DNA of 24,379 nt from a virus (taxonomy: Duplodnaviria; Caudoviricetes), in the IMG/VR virus record IMGVR_UViG_3300005512_000321, positions 1 to 24,379 of that record; one strand, given 5' to 3'. The position numbers and the translations under genes were made by a program. The notes beneath the pieces are model-generated. The model made no database searches. It worked only from the letters and a program-made list of their open reading frames with translations, and was not told the DNA's origin. Shown in pieces: positions 9,252 to 17,180 of the stretch (position 1 is the first letter of the stretch; every line of letters starts with the position of its first letter).

Positions 9252-11537
9252 TTACCTACCTGCATTTCGAGTGGCTGCACTAACGACTATATCATAGACT
9301 GATTTGTCGAGATTGAGTAGGTCAGTTGCAGATATAGCTTCATCCGTTCTAGCGCCAGTCTCTGTCAGGTAATAGAATCTAGTTGGTCTGCCAGACGCGT
9401 CTGTTTCCATCTCTACACGGCTTAAATCAAAATCACTGGGGCTAGCGGTATCTGCAGCGTCTGGTCGGAATAGACTGAGGAACGTCTGAGCAACGCCTCC
9501 TTCTTCTTCTGCTGCATAACCGGCTAGAACAAGACTAACGCCAGAGTTGAGGGCGGACTGGTACTGTCGAGCCTCCGCTTCAGATGTAGAGGAAGACGCT
9601 TGTTGTAAAAGCGGTGCAAGGACCGTTCTAGAAAAGCGTTTAGCGGACTGAGCGTCTATGTTGTTCTCTGTGCCGTCTTCGCCAAAGAACACCTTATTGC
9701 TTTCTTGGATAAATGTAGACGCTATCTTAGAAGCGGCATCTACCCTTGCTTGTTCAGAAGCGTTCGCATCTGCTGCGTCCTTACTAAGGTTTCTTCTAAG
9801 TTCAGCAATACGTGTATTCAAAGTGCCTCTGTCTATCTGCTGCTTACCGGCTTCTTGAGCGGTCAAGCTCAAAGTTCCAGTCTCTTTCAAGTTGCTCATC
9901 TCTTGCCGAGCGGCATCTCGAGCTGTCTGATCAGGAGCAATGACGGACAGCAGGGCCCGCGTGGCCAACTGCTCGCGAGTAGGCAGTTTAGCTACGTCTC
10001 GGATGCTAGTGACGCCAGCCTCTTGTAAACGCTGACGCATAGTGCCTATCAGCTCTGCGGAAAACGGCAAGTTGCCGTTGTCTACAGCGGCATCCACTTC
10101 TTCTGGGGTCATGCCTTCAACGCGGGCAATAACTTGATTCTCTAGCTGCTTGTACGCGTCGGTGCTCATTATAGGTGTACGCATGCCGAGCGACTCTTCA
10201 AGCTTTGACTGTACGTTCATCTTCTCATCAATCTGAGACTGCCAGTAATCTTTTCGGGCGGCAGCAGCTTTGTCACGGCGAGCTGTGAGATCTTTGATCT
10301 CAGCGTTGACGGACTCTAAAGAATATTTGTTAACCGTATTTATTTCTTCTCTACGTTTTTCATCTAAGTCGTTTATCTGATTCTGGATGTTTCTTTGCTG
10401 ATTAGGCGACTTACCTTCTAGAGAGTTTTCAAGGCTTGATATCTCTTTTTCCAGCTTAGCTATTTTTTCTTTTGGCTTAGTGCTAGCGTACGTTGATGCA
10501 GATGCAGCCACTCCAGCGAATGGTTTGCCTAGCTCAGAACGACTTATAGTTGGGGCGTAATCAACCAACTCACCGCGAATATCTAACGCGGGTGGGATTT
10601 CGACTCCTAGGTCGTTAGCCGCTTCGGTTAAAATGGACCGTCTTTCCTCGTCTGTCTCAGCAGTAGCTAATACTCGTCTGAACGCGCGCGATGCTGCGGG
10701 GTCTTTCTGAGCGTCAAGAGCTGCGACAACATTGCCTTGCAGTTTCACGTCAGCAGTCTGCGCATCAATATCGGCTTGGTTAACGCCCATTTGCGCTTGA
10801 TAAGCAGCACCTAGGTTAGTTGCAGCGCCGTCTATAACTTGAAAGCTAACCCACTCATTGCTAAGGACGCTGGCTGCTTGGGCCGGTGTCAGCATCATCG
10901 TGTTTTCATTAGGGTCGCTTCCGCCTTCTTCAGTGAGAACGCCCATTTCACCGTTATCGTACTGCCCTACAATAGACAGTACACCTGTTCTTGGGTCTCT
11001 GTTTATAGCCGTGTAAGTAAACCCATCTGGGCGAGGAAGATTACTATTGTTCAAAACTTCAAGAGCCCACCGATCTGTAGCCGAATTACCTTCCGCTAAA
11101 GACGCGGCTACAGCCGTTGTGTCTAGCCGTTGAGCATTATTGGGGTCAACGAAACCTTGTTTACCAGCAACATTATATAGCCGACCAGTAAGTAAATTGC
11201 GCTGCTCCTGATCAAATTTAGTCTGCTTTTGTTTCCCTTCGGCTTGCAGTATACCGAGTTCGCCTTCACTTACCGCCACCTGACGCTGCGATACCTTAAT
11301 ACGTTCTGCGCCTTGGGCCAGCTCTTTTTCAGCTAGCTTAAAGTTCTCATCAAACTGACGTCTGTTCTCGTTGAGTCTGTCTTTGCCCAGCTTAAGCTCT
11401 TCATCGGCCAGCCCGAGTTGGAAATCCCGCTGCTGAAGCTCGCGCTCTTTAAAAATGTTCTCTTGGCGTTGCTGACCAAGCGCCACAGCACTTTGAAAAC
11501 CAGCTAGTAACCCGCTACCGAAATCTTGTACTGCCAT
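9252..11537 (-). CDS. Internal virion/ejection protein (761 aa), coiled-coil rich
   Basis: N-terminal DFGSGLLAGFQSA glycine motif followed by Q/E/R/K coiled coils; located in the ejection-protein cluster. Confidence 0.7.
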   Translation of the reverse strand: MAVQDFGSGLLAGFQSAVALGQQRQENIFKERELQQRDFQLGLADEELKLGKDRLNENRRQFDENFKLAEKELAQGAERIKVSQRQVAVSEGELGILQAEGKQKQTKFDQEQRNLLTGRLYNVAGKQGFVDPNNAQRLDTTAVAASLAEGNSATDRWALEVLNNSNLPRPDGFTYTAINRDPRTGVLSIVGQYDNGEMGVLTEEGGSDPNENTMMLTPAQAASVLSNEWVSFQVIDGAATNLGAAYQAQMGVNQADIDAQTADVKLQGNVVAALDAQKDPAASRAFRRVLATAETDEERRSILTEAANDLGVEIPPALDIRGELVDYAPTISRSELGKPFAGVAASASTYASTKPKEKIAKLEKEISSLENSLEGKSPNQQRNIQNQINDLDEKRREEINTVNKYSLESVNAEIKDLTARRDKAAAARKDYWQSQIDEKMNVQSKLEESLGMRTPIMSTDAYKQLENQVIARVEGMTPEEVDAAVDNGNLPFSAELIGTMRQRLQEAGVTSIRDVAKLPTREQLATRALLSVIAPDQTARDAARQEMSNLKETGTLSLTAQEAGKQQIDRGTLNTRIAELRRNLSKDAADANASEQARVDAASKIASTFIQESNKVFFGEDGTENNIDAQSAKRFSRTVLAPLLQQASSSTSEAEARQYQSALNSGVSLVLAGYAAEEEGGVAQTFLSLFRPDAADTASPSDFDLSRVEMETDASGRPTRFYYLTETGARTDEAISATDLLNLDKSVYDIVVSAATRNAGR

Positions 11538-11546
11538 AAGTGTCTC

Positions 11547-12128
11547 CTAGAACGCGAACGCAAGTATGGCTGCAGCGCCGAGCGATCCAATAGTGCTGTA
11601 GGTCTGTGCCTTAGAAGCGGCTTTTGCTTGAGTGTAAGCGTTCTGACGCTGTGTGGCATCAGCTGCTGCCGAGCCTAACTGTTGTTGTGACGAACGGTTT
11701 ACGCCTTGGCCTATGTTTATCAAATCAGACAGCAGTGCAGTGTTAGCTTCTCTCTGCGCTAACCGAGCGTCGTTTATCGACTGTACGCCACCAAGTGTAT
11801 TTGCCCGCTGCAGCTGCAAGGACTGCTGCTGTCGTTGGGCCGGTGTCAGTGCAGCGCCATAACGTTGTGCGTTACGCTCCGCTATACCTGCTGTTAAGCC
11901 TTGAGCTACCCCTACATCTTGACGAGCTTGGTCTATAAGGCTAGTGTCAGTTTGCGCTTTCTGTATCAGCTCTTCTTCAAACCCACGGTAGTTCTGGATG
12001 TAGTCCAGATACTCTTGGCGAGTAAGGTTAGCGTACGCTTGCTCAGGGTCGCTAACTACAGGTAGGGAGTTAGGGTTACCGCCATAAGCGTTAGAGTAGT
12101 TAAGATTCGCGAGATCGCCTAAAGCCAT
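11547..12128 (-). CDS. Small internal virion (pilot-like) protein, about 193 aa
   Basis: Ala/Gln-rich helices with a C-terminal hydrophobic Gly/Ala tail (IGSLGAAAILAFAF). I prefer the ATG at 12128, immediately after the upstream TGA, to the track start at 12143. Confidence 0.7.
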   Translation of the reverse strand: MALGDLANLNYSNAYGGNPNSLPVVSDPEQAYANLTRQEYLDYIQNYRGFEEELIQKAQTDTSLIDQARQDVGVAQGLTAGIAERNAQRYGAALTPAQRQQQSLQLQRANTLGGVQSINDARLAQREANTALLSDLINIGQGVNRSSQQQLGSAAADATQRQNAYTQAKAASKAQTYSTIGSLGAAAILAFAF

Positions 12129-12129
12129 A

Positions 12130-12786
12130 TCAACCGCCCCCAAATAAACCAGAGAACGCTAAGCGATTCTTAGCTCCGGTAACACTTTGTCCGGCACTAT
12201 TAACCGGTGTAAAAAATGAACCACTCACTTGTTCCGGCGGGCCCATACCAGTAGGGTCCATACGCTGACCAGTAGTCTTCATGTTTGAAACACCTTGACC
12301 GATAAGCGTACCAGCTATCTGACCAGCAGCACTCAGCTTCGCTTGAGCAACTTCTTGATTAGCTTTAGCTCTAGTTAGTGCTTCTGACGTGGCCAGTCGT
12401 GATGCAGCTGCCATGCCAGTCTGCGCATCAGCCGCTTGACCGCGAGCAGTGCCGAGAACGTTTGTCTGCATTTTATTCTGAATATCTTTAGCGGCTACGT
12501 TAGCTACGCCAAGCTGGCCTTGATACGCTTGCGCCATATCACCAGCAGCAGTAGCGCTTTGAGTCTGTCGATATGACGGCTGTGCTGTCAACGCCTGCAT
12601 AGTGTCAGCATTAGCTCGGCCTCTTAAACCAGACTGCACGTCGGCTGTTAGAGACTGATCTCGCATCTGCTGTAACAGAGGATCGTATTTCTGTTTAAAA
12701 TAGTTGTACTCGGCCATAGCCACGGATGCTGAGGCTTTTTCAGCTTCCGAAGGCTTGTAGTCTTGTGCTTTTGGTTTACTGCCCAT
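12130..12786 (-). CDS. Internal virion protein, about 218 aa (MGSKPKAQDY...)
   Basis: Start moved to 12786 because of the GAGG RBS and TAATG overlap. Ala/Gln-rich with a Gly-rich hydrophobic segment (AAGQIAGTLIGQG). Confidence 0.7.
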   Translation of the reverse strand: MGSKPKAQDYKPSEAEKASASVAMAEYNYFKQKYDPLLQQMRDQSLTADVQSGLRGRANADTMQALTAQPSYRQTQSATAAGDMAQAYQGQLGVANVAAKDIQNKMQTNVLGTARGQAADAQTGMAAASRLATSEALTRAKANQEVAQAKLSAAGQIAGTLIGQGVSNMKTTGQRMDPTGMGPPEQVSGSFFTPVNSAGQSVTGAKNRLAFSGLFGGG

Positions 12787-13199
12787 TACAAATACCTCGT
12801 GAAAACGACCGTGTCGATTTCCCAACCAGTATTAATTAGATAGTCTCTAACCTCTGGTATAGCCGACCTAACTTCTATCTTTGAGTACCCAGCACCTCTA
12901 GCGGCTTCCTCGAAGAATACCCTGTGCACCGCAGCTAAATTATGCCCGCGTTCTCTTGCCCACGCCAGCCATACTAAAAACGTTTTCTCGCCATTAAACG
13001 TATCCGTCTCTGTAGTAGTAACTACAAAACCTTGATCCGTTGTCCACAGTATCGCTTGCCCAGCAAGGACCGCTGCATAAACGTCTTCCGGTCTAAACGT
13101 GAGATTCCGATCTTCTTTCAGAATCTCTTCTACGCCGTATTTAACCCAGTCCCACTCCTGACGTACGTTGCTTACTACTGGATCAGCCGCCGAGTCCAT
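12786..13199 (-). CDS. Hypothetical protein, about 137 aa, possibly GNAT-like fold
   Basis: The pattern FLVWLAWARERG...FFEEAARGAGYSKIEVRSA...GWE resembles the degenerate GNAT proteins found before ejection genes in podoviruses. Start at MDSAAD (13199). Confidence 0.55.
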   Translation of the reverse strand: MDSAADPVVSNVRQEWDWVKYGVEEILKEDRNLTFRPEDVYAAVLAGQAILWTTDQGFVVTTTETDTFNGEKTFLVWLAWARERGHNLAAVHRVFFEEAARGAGYSKIEVRSAIPEVRDYLINTGWEIDTVVFTRYL

Positions 13200-13869
13200 A
13201 TCTATTTCTCTTTTGCGCTGTACGTGAATATAACCCGCCATATTTAGTCTTCCTAGCTACACCTGAATCAGCATGTCGAGCCCTACGCTCTGCAGCAACT
13301 AAACCTTCATTAAATAACGAGCCGTAGACTTGGGCTCCTGAGTAGTCTGTCCAATCTTTGCTTGGTAAACGCAATAATCGAAACAGCGCGCCATTAACAA
13401 TCGCATCGTGGCAGTCATTGATGATGTAGTCGTCTGCTTCCGTAGACGTGTGTGTAGGCTTCAACTGCACGCGAGCTATCGTAGAATTAGACTGACTAGC
13501 TTCCGGTACTGGAACAAGCCATAAACTGTTTTGGCCGTCTTTTATAAAATACTCCGGGGTGCCTCTGTTGTCAGAGTCCCTCCAGTTAGGCAGACGCTGC
13601 TCTAAAAGCCCAGTACTTATAGGCTCTAGATCCTTACCATCGTGTACTACCCACATCACTTTATGCACAACAGTATTAGCTGGGGCAGCCAACGTGTACT
13701 CGTAAGTGCCAGCTACGGTCGATATAGGACTAAGCTCAGCCTGATAAACGCCTGTTTTTTCACACAGCTCTATAACCGCCGAACGTATATTGTTCTCAAT
13801 CAGCGTATCTGGGCAGCCCGGCACCATCGGGATGATTTCTGGCAGCAGTGTTTCATAAGCTATAGCCAT
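13183..13869 (-). CDS. Putative head-tail adaptor/tail tubular protein (228 aa)
   Basis: LLPEIIPMVPGCPD...IRSAVIELCEKT, GTPEYF, LWLVPVP and AIVNGALFRLLRLPSKDWTD match the adaptor-type pattern; located downstream of the capsid gene. Confidence 0.7.
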   Translation of the reverse strand: MAIAYETLLPEIIPMVPGCPDTLIENNIRSAVIELCEKTGVYQAELSPISTVAGTYEYTLAAPANTVVHKVMWVVHDGKDLEPISTGLLEQRLPNWRDSDNRGTPEYFIKDGQNSLWLVPVPEASQSNSTIARVQLKPTHTSTEADDYIINDCHDAIVNGALFRLLRLPSKDWTDYSGAQVYGSLFNEGLVAAERRARHADSGVARKTKYGGLYSRTAQKRNRYGLGG

Positions 13870-13875
13870 AGTTTA

Positions 13876-14574
13876 TTACCCCAAAGGAGTCGTAGGAGCC
13901 AGTCTAGCGTTCTCAAGGTTAGGCGTAGTAGTAGCGTCTAACTGACCTTTACCAGTAACCGAAGCAGTGAACAGCTGGAAGTGGTTAGCGGCTCGCTGCG
14001 AATTACCGGCGTACTCTGCGTCCTTCATATATGCCATGTATAAAACGTAGTTCATAACTGCGTTGGCGTATATATCAGGTATATCTAGATTATCATCTTG
14101 AGCGACAGTCGATGGGTTAGCAGAGTAGATTATCTCTAGGTAGGCGCTACCGGCTACTCCGGGGTACACATAAAAGTTACGCGGGTTCTGCTCGTCATAC
14201 ACATAGTGTTTGACTATATTCGTGTGAGCCGCATCACCGGTGACTGTCGGGTCGTGCCAGTCTGGTGTCTGGGCATCAAGAACTTCGCGAGACACGATAC
14301 GTACGGAGCGTTTACCAACACCGCCCGACGCAGCTGACATATTACGAACTACTCGCAGTAACCGGTTACCGTCGTTGGGTATGTCCTGCTTGGTGCCAAC
14401 TGCGAGCGTAATTGTTGTGTTTTTGGCTGACGCGTCTGGCTTCAGCAGAGTAATCTCACGCTGAGCGTCGTTGACCCACAGCACAAGCTCGTTTACTACC
14501 GGCCAGCGTACTCCTGTGGTGTCTTGGAGGGTTGTTTGAACACGGTTGATAACACTTTGTACTGTGACTGACAT
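13876..14574 (-). CDS. Putative head-tail adaptor (DUF6682-like, 232 aa)
   Basis: VINRVQTTLQD...RWP..ELVLWVNDAQREI..KPDA, FYVYP and YVLYMAYMKDAEYA motifs; GAGG RBS. Confidence 0.75.
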   Translation of the reverse strand: MSVTVQSVINRVQTTLQDTTGVRWPVVNELVLWVNDAQREITLLKPDASAKNTTITLAVGTKQDIPNDGNRLLRVVRNMSAASGGVGKRSVRIVSREVLDAQTPDWHDPTVTGDAAHTNIVKHYVYDEQNPRNFYVYPGVAGSAYLEIIYSANPSTVAQDDNLDIPDIYANAVMNYVLYMAYMKDAEYAGNSQRAANHFQLFTASVTGKGQLDATTTPNLENARLAPTTPLG

Positions 14575-14585
14575 GGTCTACCTCG

Positions 14586-14966
14586 TTACGAGTTTAGGGC
14601 TATCTCCCAAGCCCGCTCACGCTCTTCCGTACGGACTGTACGGCCTAGAGCTTTATTTACTACTGCGGCTTTTGGTGTGCCGTCAGTTTTAAAATCTTCT
14701 GGGTTACCGATCTCAATCAGTCTTTGCAGAACAGCGATCAACGCCTCGTCTTCGCTATCAGCTTCTTCGACTTCTGCCACAACAGGTGGCTCTTCGTCTA
14801 TGATTGGTTCTGGTGCTTTTACTACGGAGCCAACTTGTCTAGCTCCCATCTGCAACGCTATAGCGCCTATAGTATGTGACACTTCGCGTGCTTCGTTTGC
14901 TTTGAACAATACGACCGCACCACTAGTGGTAGCAACTCGTAAATCCTTGTCCGAGATTATTTTCAT
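14586..14966 (-). CDS. Hypothetical capsid-adjacent protein (126 aa)
   Basis: AGGAG RBS. Two small domains joined by an acidic linker; the C-terminal DFKTDGTPK...ALGRTV...ERERAW motif is seen in small phage head-region proteins. Confidence 0.7.
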   Translation of the reverse strand: MKIISDKDLRVATTSGAVVLFKANEAREVSHTIGAIALQMGARQVGSVVKAPEPIIDEEPPVVAEVEEADSEDEALIAVLQRLIEIGNPEDFKTDGTPKAAVVNKALGRTVRTEERERAWEIALNS

Positions 14967-14976
14967 GAAGACTCCT

Positions 14977-15006
14977 AAAAGAAGAAACCCCCTCCGAAGA
15001 GGGGGT
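14977..15006 (-). terminator. Intrinsic terminator after the major capsid gene
   Basis: Minus strand reads ACCCCCTC-TTCG-GAGGGGGT then TTCTTCTTTT: an 8-bp stem with a C(UUCG)G tetraloop, 7 nt after the capsid stop. Confidence 0.9.
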
Positions 15007-15013
15007 ACCGGTC

Positions 15014-16159
15014 TTACTGAGCAGTATCAAGAGCGATAACACCGAAGTCCTGTACAGAACCGCTGTAGTCACTGTTGTACTTAGGCTTACGCAAGCCGAA
15101 GATCTTACCGATGCTGATACCAGCTTGGTTGCCGTAGTCGAAGGTATCTTCAACAACTTCTGGCATACCAATGTCAGCCATAGCAAGAGACTGAGCGCCG
15201 CAGAACAATGCACGGGCACCAATTACGTCTGCGTCTGCGCCCCACTTGTAGCCGGGATCGCCTGCTTCTGAGGAAGTACCAGTCGTTGCGCCTTCAGTGC
15301 TGAACACGTGACGGAACTCGTGAACCATTACGCCGTCAACCATCAGGCTTGAAGAACCAGCAAACAATTGGTTGCTAGCACCACGAACGCCTGCGTTACG
15401 TACGTTGGCCAAGAAGTCGCTGTCGAGCTTCAGGTCAGCCATCTGCTGGGGAGTAACGAACAAGTGGAACACTTCGTCGTTGCCAGCGCCACGGATGCCA
15501 CGGATGTAGTTGTCTTTAGCGTATGCTTTAAGATCTACGATGTGACGGTACTTCATAACGTCGGTAGCTGCTACAGCAGTAGTATCACCGGCAGACAAGT
15601 TGTTGCCGTTTACGCGCAGGTGACGTGCTGAAGTAGGAGCAGAAACATCTGAAGCGAACTCAAGGTCAACCAACTCGTGTCCAGCAGTAGCTGAAGTAGG
15701 TCGGAGAGCACCGTTCGTTTTGTGAGTGTAAGCAACGCCTGACAGAGTCAAGAACGCCAGCTGGTCCATACGGTCAGCCATTGCGTAAGCAAGTGCGTCA
15801 CGTGAGGTCTCACGGAAGTTAACTACTGATTTCTGGTCAGCCAATCGGCCAGCCAATCGGTTAGCAAAGCGCAACTGATCAAGCTGGATGGTGATGTCGT
15901 ACGCGCGAAGCGCTTCTTCATTACCTTCCAAAGTGTAGTCGCCAGTGATACCGTCACCAGTCATGTCGGCAAGCAGAGTGATTACTGCACGAGCGCCTTT
16001 GTCAGACTTAGTGAGTTCAGTAACACGCTGAACCATTGCATTTGAACCAGTTCCTGCAAACTGATTGACGAAAGACATGTTGCGAGCAACACGCCAGAAG
16101 TCGCGACTCCACGCGGTAAGCTGTTCTGAAGTCAGCGACGCAAAGTTAGTATTAGCCAT
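15014..16159 (-). CDS. Major capsid protein, N4-gp56/DUF4043-like (381 aa)
   Basis: GDGITGDYTLEGNEEAL...IQLDQLRFA, ADRMDQLAFLTLSG, ARALFCGAQSLA, EDTFDYGNQAGISIGKIFGLRK and DFGVIALDTA motifs; AGGAGG RBS; followed by a terminator. Confidence 0.93.
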   Translation of the reverse strand: MANTNFASLTSEQLTAWSRDFWRVARNMSFVNQFAGTGSNAMVQRVTELTKSDKGARAVITLLADMTGDGITGDYTLEGNEEALRAYDITIQLDQLRFANRLAGRLADQKSVVNFRETSRDALAYAMADRMDQLAFLTLSGVAYTHKTNGALRPTSATAGHELVDLEFASDVSAPTSARHLRVNGNNLSAGDTTAVAATDVMKYRHIVDLKAYAKDNYIRGIRGAGNDEVFHLFVTPQQMADLKLDSDFLANVRNAGVRGASNQLFAGSSSLMVDGVMVHEFRHVFSTEGATTGTSSEAGDPGYKWGADADVIGARALFCGAQSLAMADIGMPEVVEDTFDYGNQAGISIGKIFGLRKPKYNSDYSGSVQDFGVIALDTAQ

Positions 16160-16376
16160 TATGGCCTCCTAATGCGTTCGATATGTATAGTATTGGGCCT
16201 AAACCCATTCATAGCCGACTTTTGGAGCGGCTAACCCGTTTCCTCGTATCGTGAGGTCAACGACCTAGCGCTTATTTACGAGGTGCGACCTCGGCAAGTT
16301 TTACGCCTAGTGCAGGCGAAGTGTACGTTATTTACGTGTTCGACACGACCAGTTATCGTACTGATAAACGAATGTA
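16160..16376 (-). ncRNA. Candidate structured cis-regulatory 5' leader of the capsid mRNA
   Basis: At least six hairpins in about 170 nt, including two repeated classes (see findings). No ORF in the track here. Confidence 0.55.
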
Positions 16377-16382
16377 CTTTGT

Positions 16383-16411
16383 ATATTAGCGTCCCTAATA
16401 AAAGGACGCAA
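16383..16411 (-). promoter_or_regulatory. Sigma70-like promoter with TATTAG-N5-CTAATA dyad (capsid)
   Basis: Minus strand reads TTGCGT-17 bp-TAATAT; dyad at 16384-16400. Confidence 0.7.
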
Positions 16412-16414
16412 GGA

Positions 16415-16666
16415 CTATCTGTATCTTGATGTTTTCTTAGCGATTTTCTTAGGCTGTTTTGAAAACTGTTTACCGGCCTTAGTATCCGCTCGCTTCTTTC
16501 TAGTAGTGGCGGCGTATTCTTTGGCGCTAAGTGACTCGCGGGCCTTCTTAGGTAAGTAGCGCTCGCCAGTTGCCTTAGAACCTTGAGTGCTGGGCTTACC
16601 TGATTTAGTACCCCAGTCTTCTTTGGTCCATTTCTTCAAGGACTTTTGCGATTTCTTGAGCGCCAT
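16415..16666 (-). CDS. Small basic protein (83 aa), resembling the C-terminal half of DUF5872-type proteins
   Basis: SQKSLKKWTKEDWGTK...GERYLPKKARESLS...KKR...GKQF; TAATG coupling. Confidence 0.8.
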   Translation of the reverse strand: MALKKSQKSLKKWTKEDWGTKSGKPSTQGSKATGERYLPKKARESLSAKEYAATTRKKRADTKAGKQFSKQPKKIAKKTSRYR

Positions 16667-16857
16667 TACTTTTTCTTCTTGTTTATCTTGCGAAGAGTCA
16701 TAGCTAAACGGGCTCGTTGGCCAGTTTTTCCGGGCTTCTTAGCTGCTTTACGTAGCTCTTTAGCCGGTATCTTCTCGTCTTTCTTGACGCCCATAGTCTT
16801 ACGGAGTGCTCCGGGTTTCTTAATAGCGTCTTTGATCCACTTCTTTTTCTCTGCCAT
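16666..16857 (-). CDS. Small basic protein (63 aa; 25 K+R)
   Basis: WIKDAIKKPGALRKTMGV...GQRARLAMTL; TAATG coupling at both ends. Confidence 0.8.
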   Translation of the reverse strand: MAEKKKWIKDAIKKPGALRKTMGVKKDEKIPAKELRKAAKKPGKTGQRARLAMTLRKINKKKK

Positions 16858-17051
16858 TAGTTTCTGTAGCCTCCACCTTTATCTTTGTACTGCTTAGCTA
16901 GCATTTGGCTTTTTCGCGCGCTCCATTGGCCGGGCTTACCGCCCTTTCCGCCAGCCTTTATCCGCTCAAATAGCTGTTTACGCATGGTCGGCTTAGTGTA
17001 ATTACCGGCTGCGTTAACGCGGCTTTTTGATTTACTAGGCTTTTTGTTCAT
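16857..17051 (-). CDS. Small basic protein (64 aa), resembling the N-terminal half of DUF5872-type proteins
   Basis: YTKPTMRKQLFERIKAGGKGGKPGQWSARKSQMLAKQYKDKGGGY. Confidence 0.8.
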   Translation of the reverse strand: MNKKPSKSKSRVNAAGNYTKPTMRKQLFERIKAGGKGGKPGQWSARKSQMLAKQYKDKGGGYRN

Positions 17052-17054
17052 GGC

Positions 17055-17168
17055 TTAGTACATCTTAGCCTTTGACTTTGGCTTGGCTTTTGGCTTAGAC
17101 CGCTTCATGCACTTACCTGCTGCTTTGCACTTTGCGGGGCTTGGACATCCTTTACATGGCTTAAACAT
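17055..17168 (-). CDS. 37-aa basic four-cysteine microprotein (not in the ORF track)
   Basis: Hand translation gives MFKPCKGCPSPAKCKAAGKCMKRSKPKAKPKSKAKMY*. AAGGAG RBS lies just upstream, and the ORF fills the gap between two genes exactly. Confidence 0.8.
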   Translation of the reverse strand: MFKPCKGCPSPAKCKAAGKCMKRSKPKAKPKSKAKMY

Positions 17169-17180
17169 AGGTTTTTCTCC

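Noticed and set aside
14923-15222. 99-aa ORF overlapping the capsid 3' end (possible frameshift extension like T7 10B)
   Set aside because: No convincing slippery site, it runs through the terminator hairpin, and the sequence looks non-coding.
16160-16376. CRISPR mini-array or tRNA interpretation of the hairpin cluster
   Set aside because: No identical repeats with spacers, and no cloverleaf with T-loop/D-loop consensus.
16389-16409. GCGTCC/GGACGC hairpin as terminator of the basic cassette
   Set aside because: 6-bp stem with no U-tract on the minus strand. It overlaps the promoter, which explains the site better.
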